In this document: positions 62,254 to 64,000 of the stretch, in pieces
How positions within the stretch are numbered: position 1 is the first letter of the stretch
Layout: every line of letters begins with the position of its first letter
Virus record (IMG/VR): IMGVR_UViG_3300032753_001573
Coordinates: 1 to 64,000 of that record
Length of the DNA stretch: 64,000 bases
Source: a virus
Strand: one strand, 5' to 3'
Made by a program: the position numbers and the translations under genes
The notes under the pieces: generated by a model
Databases searched by the model: none
What the model saw: only the letters and a program-made list of their open reading frames with translations
What the model was told of the DNA's origin: nothing

Positions 62254-62754
62254 ATGAAAATACTCACCAACGAAAATCAAGCTTACTCTATCAATCAAAT
62301 ACCAGATGTAATCCAAGACATTAGATATTGTGTTTTGGATTACAGTGATCAATCCAACGTAGATTATTATTTCATGCCTCTTATATTCTTAGAGAGTTTT
62401 AATAGTCCATGTGTTGATCTAAAGATAGGACCATATAACATACAGATGCCTCTTGATTGGAGTGTTGTGATAGGTGACATTAATCTAGGCGATCTAGAAA
62501 TAATGCAACTGATTTACCTCAATGACAAAGACTTTGATGTTTTTGCATTTAATCCTATAAGCGGATATATGCCTAAGTATTTGAAACTTGAAGTTCTCAA
62601 TATATGGCCAGATGTAAAATGGTACTTTCCAAAATTAAAAAATGGGCATTTGCTAGCAGTACCGTTACAAGATGGTGATTCTCCATTATGTGCTCTTTTT
62701 ATTAAAGACATTGGTAAGATTACGGAGAGTTTAGATATAAGAAAGATGTTTTGA
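62254..62754 (+). CDS. Hypothetical protein
   Basis: Clean ORF after uvsW; late promoter TAAATA 62238-43. Confidence 0.7.
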   Translation: MKILTNENQAYSINQIPDVIQDIRYCVLDYSDQSNVDYYFMPLIFLESFNSPCVDLKIGPYNIQMPLDWSVVIGDINLGDLEIMQLIYLNDKDFDVFAFNPISGYMPKYLKLEVLNIWPDVKWYFPKLKNGHLLAVPLQDGDSPLCALFIKDIGKITESLDIRKMF

Positions 62755-62757
62755 TAA

Positions 62758-62797
62758 ACGAATCCCCTGGATTACTATGGTTCTCCAGGGGATTCGC
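62758..62797. terminator. Probable bidirectional terminator hairpin between convergent genes
   Basis: cgaatcccctgga...tccaggggattcg. Confidence 0.65.
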
Positions 62798-62830
62798 TCG
62801 AGTCTGCTTGATTTCACATCAAGCTAGCTT

Positions 62831-63928
62831 TTACTGGCTACTTATATGAGCCCAGCCATATCCTGGTAGTGTTGTACCAGTGAATGCCCATTCATACTGA
62901 TTTCCGCTCCATGTGTAAACGATTCTATCAGTTATCTTTTGAGCATATGCAGATTGTAGTGCTTCTGCAATTTTAACAGTTGGTACAGATGTATATGATC
63001 CGCCCGAATCTACCACAACACTTCTAACACTATTGCCTGACAATACAGTGTGTGCTGTAGCGCCTGCAGGTGTAAATGTTACCGCTGGAGCTACTTCATA
63101 ACCGCTACCGCCAGCTGTTAGGGTAACATTGCTTACATTCCAATTTAGGTTAGCCTGTGCACCTGTTCCTAGTGCGCTGCCAGTGAAAGATACTGGATTA
63201 GTAGGTAGGGCAGTATAATCGCCGCTGTTAACTACAGTGTTCATGCTGTATACACCAAAGCGCACATCGAACGTTGCTCCTACACCGCTGTTAGTGTTTG
63301 AAGAAGTTGGTGCAAATGGACCAGCTGGCAATGAGTTATTGGTAAACACACCGCTGTTAAGTATGCTGATGCTGGTAATAGCACCGCTTACATTGACGCT
63401 GTTGACTTTTATGGACACATTGGTAGCATATCCTGCACCAGCAAAGTTCAACACGTTGTCTTGTGCATAACCAGAACCCAAGTTGTGTGCAGCGGCATCT
63501 GACCAAGTAACAGCGGTAACGCTAACATTTGCCTGCTTCTTACTGACATATGTGCCGCCTACTACGTGTAGAGTTTCGCCTGGAACATAATTGGCACCAA
63601 GAGCACCTGTTCCGTTAGCAGTAACACCGGCTGATGTTACACTGAGGTTTGCAGTAGCAGTAGCACCTGTTCCTTGTGCACCATATGGAGTAACAGTGAT
63701 GTTACCCTGTCCTGGACCTGTTACTGGTCCATTTACTAGCTGTACTAATCCGCCGCCGGGAACACCAGTACCGTTTACACTAGCCATCTTGTAAAGGTGT
63801 GTGCCTTTCTGAGACACTATATAGCTCTGACGTGCCTGACTATCGCCTGCAGTCCATGCATATCCAACAAGCTGCTGCCCAGCTACGGCAGAATTGCCTA
63901 TGAATAATTTATTAATTGGTCGTCCCAT
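62831..63928 (-). CDS. Virion structural protein (MGRP N-terminus) with Gly/Thr-rich beta repeats
   Basis: AAGGAG RBS; MGRPINK..., YI..QKG...Y; G.GY/GA.A repeats. Confidence 0.65.
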   Translation of the reverse strand: MGRPINKLFIGNSAVAGQQLVGYAWTAGDSQARQSYIVSQKGTHLYKMASVNGTGVPGGGLVQLVNGPVTGPGQGNITVTPYGAQGTGATATANLSVTSAGVTANGTGALGANYVPGETLHVVGGTYVSKKQANVSVTAVTWSDAAAHNLGSGYAQDNVLNFAGAGYATNVSIKVNSVNVSGAITSISILNSGVFTNNSLPAGPFAPTSSNTNSGVGATFDVRFGVYSMNTVVNSGDYTALPTNPVSFTGSALGTGAQANLNWNVSNVTLTAGGSGYEVAPAVTFTPAGATAHTVLSGNSVRSVVVDSGGSYTSVPTVKIAEALQSAYAQKITDRIVYTWSGNQYEWAFTGTTLPGYGWAHISSQ

Positions 63929-64000
63929 TTGTTTTTCTCCTTATGGTTGCCGTTCTAGGGCTACGAGGTTGGGATCCCCATAACTAATGAACTGCTCTAT

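Overview
This window is a 64-kb segment of a T4-superfamily jumbo myovirus. Its gene content and order resemble what I recall of the GAP32/PBECO4/Atu_ph07-type jumbo phages; that assignment is from recognition, not a search. It carries head genes (gp21, gp22, gp23), neck and tail genes (gp13, gp14, gp15, a 1354-aa gp18, gp19, gp4), terminase gp17, replication/recombination genes (gp1, gp32, uvsX, uvsY, uvsW), a GH19 lysin and a bacterial-type groES-groEL pair. Selfish elements are abundant: two convergent Hef/Vsr-like endonucleases, a GIY-YIG endonuclease flanked by a duplicated 5' end of the neighbouring gene, a LAGLIDADG intein in UvsW, and a terminase gene fractured by an atypically split intein with a free-standing endonuclease between the halves. 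Two accessory enzyme islands stand out. One is a heptose/glycosyltransferase operon (11.4-16.9 kb). The other is a ~14.4-kb island between the tail sheath and tail tube genes encoding 4 radical SAM enzymes, about 6 2OG-Fe(II)-type oxygenases, a PLP enzyme, a QueC-like ATPase, an SDR, a sulfotransferase, a GNAT-like protein, a DUF2061-like protein and a desaturase. This is the best candidate for an undescribed phage biosynthetic or modification system. T4-type late promoters (TAAATA), a recurring early promoter, apparently leaderless genes and several candidate RNA regulatory structures are visible. I saw no tRNA, rRNA or CRISPR array. All calls come from motif recognition without database searches.
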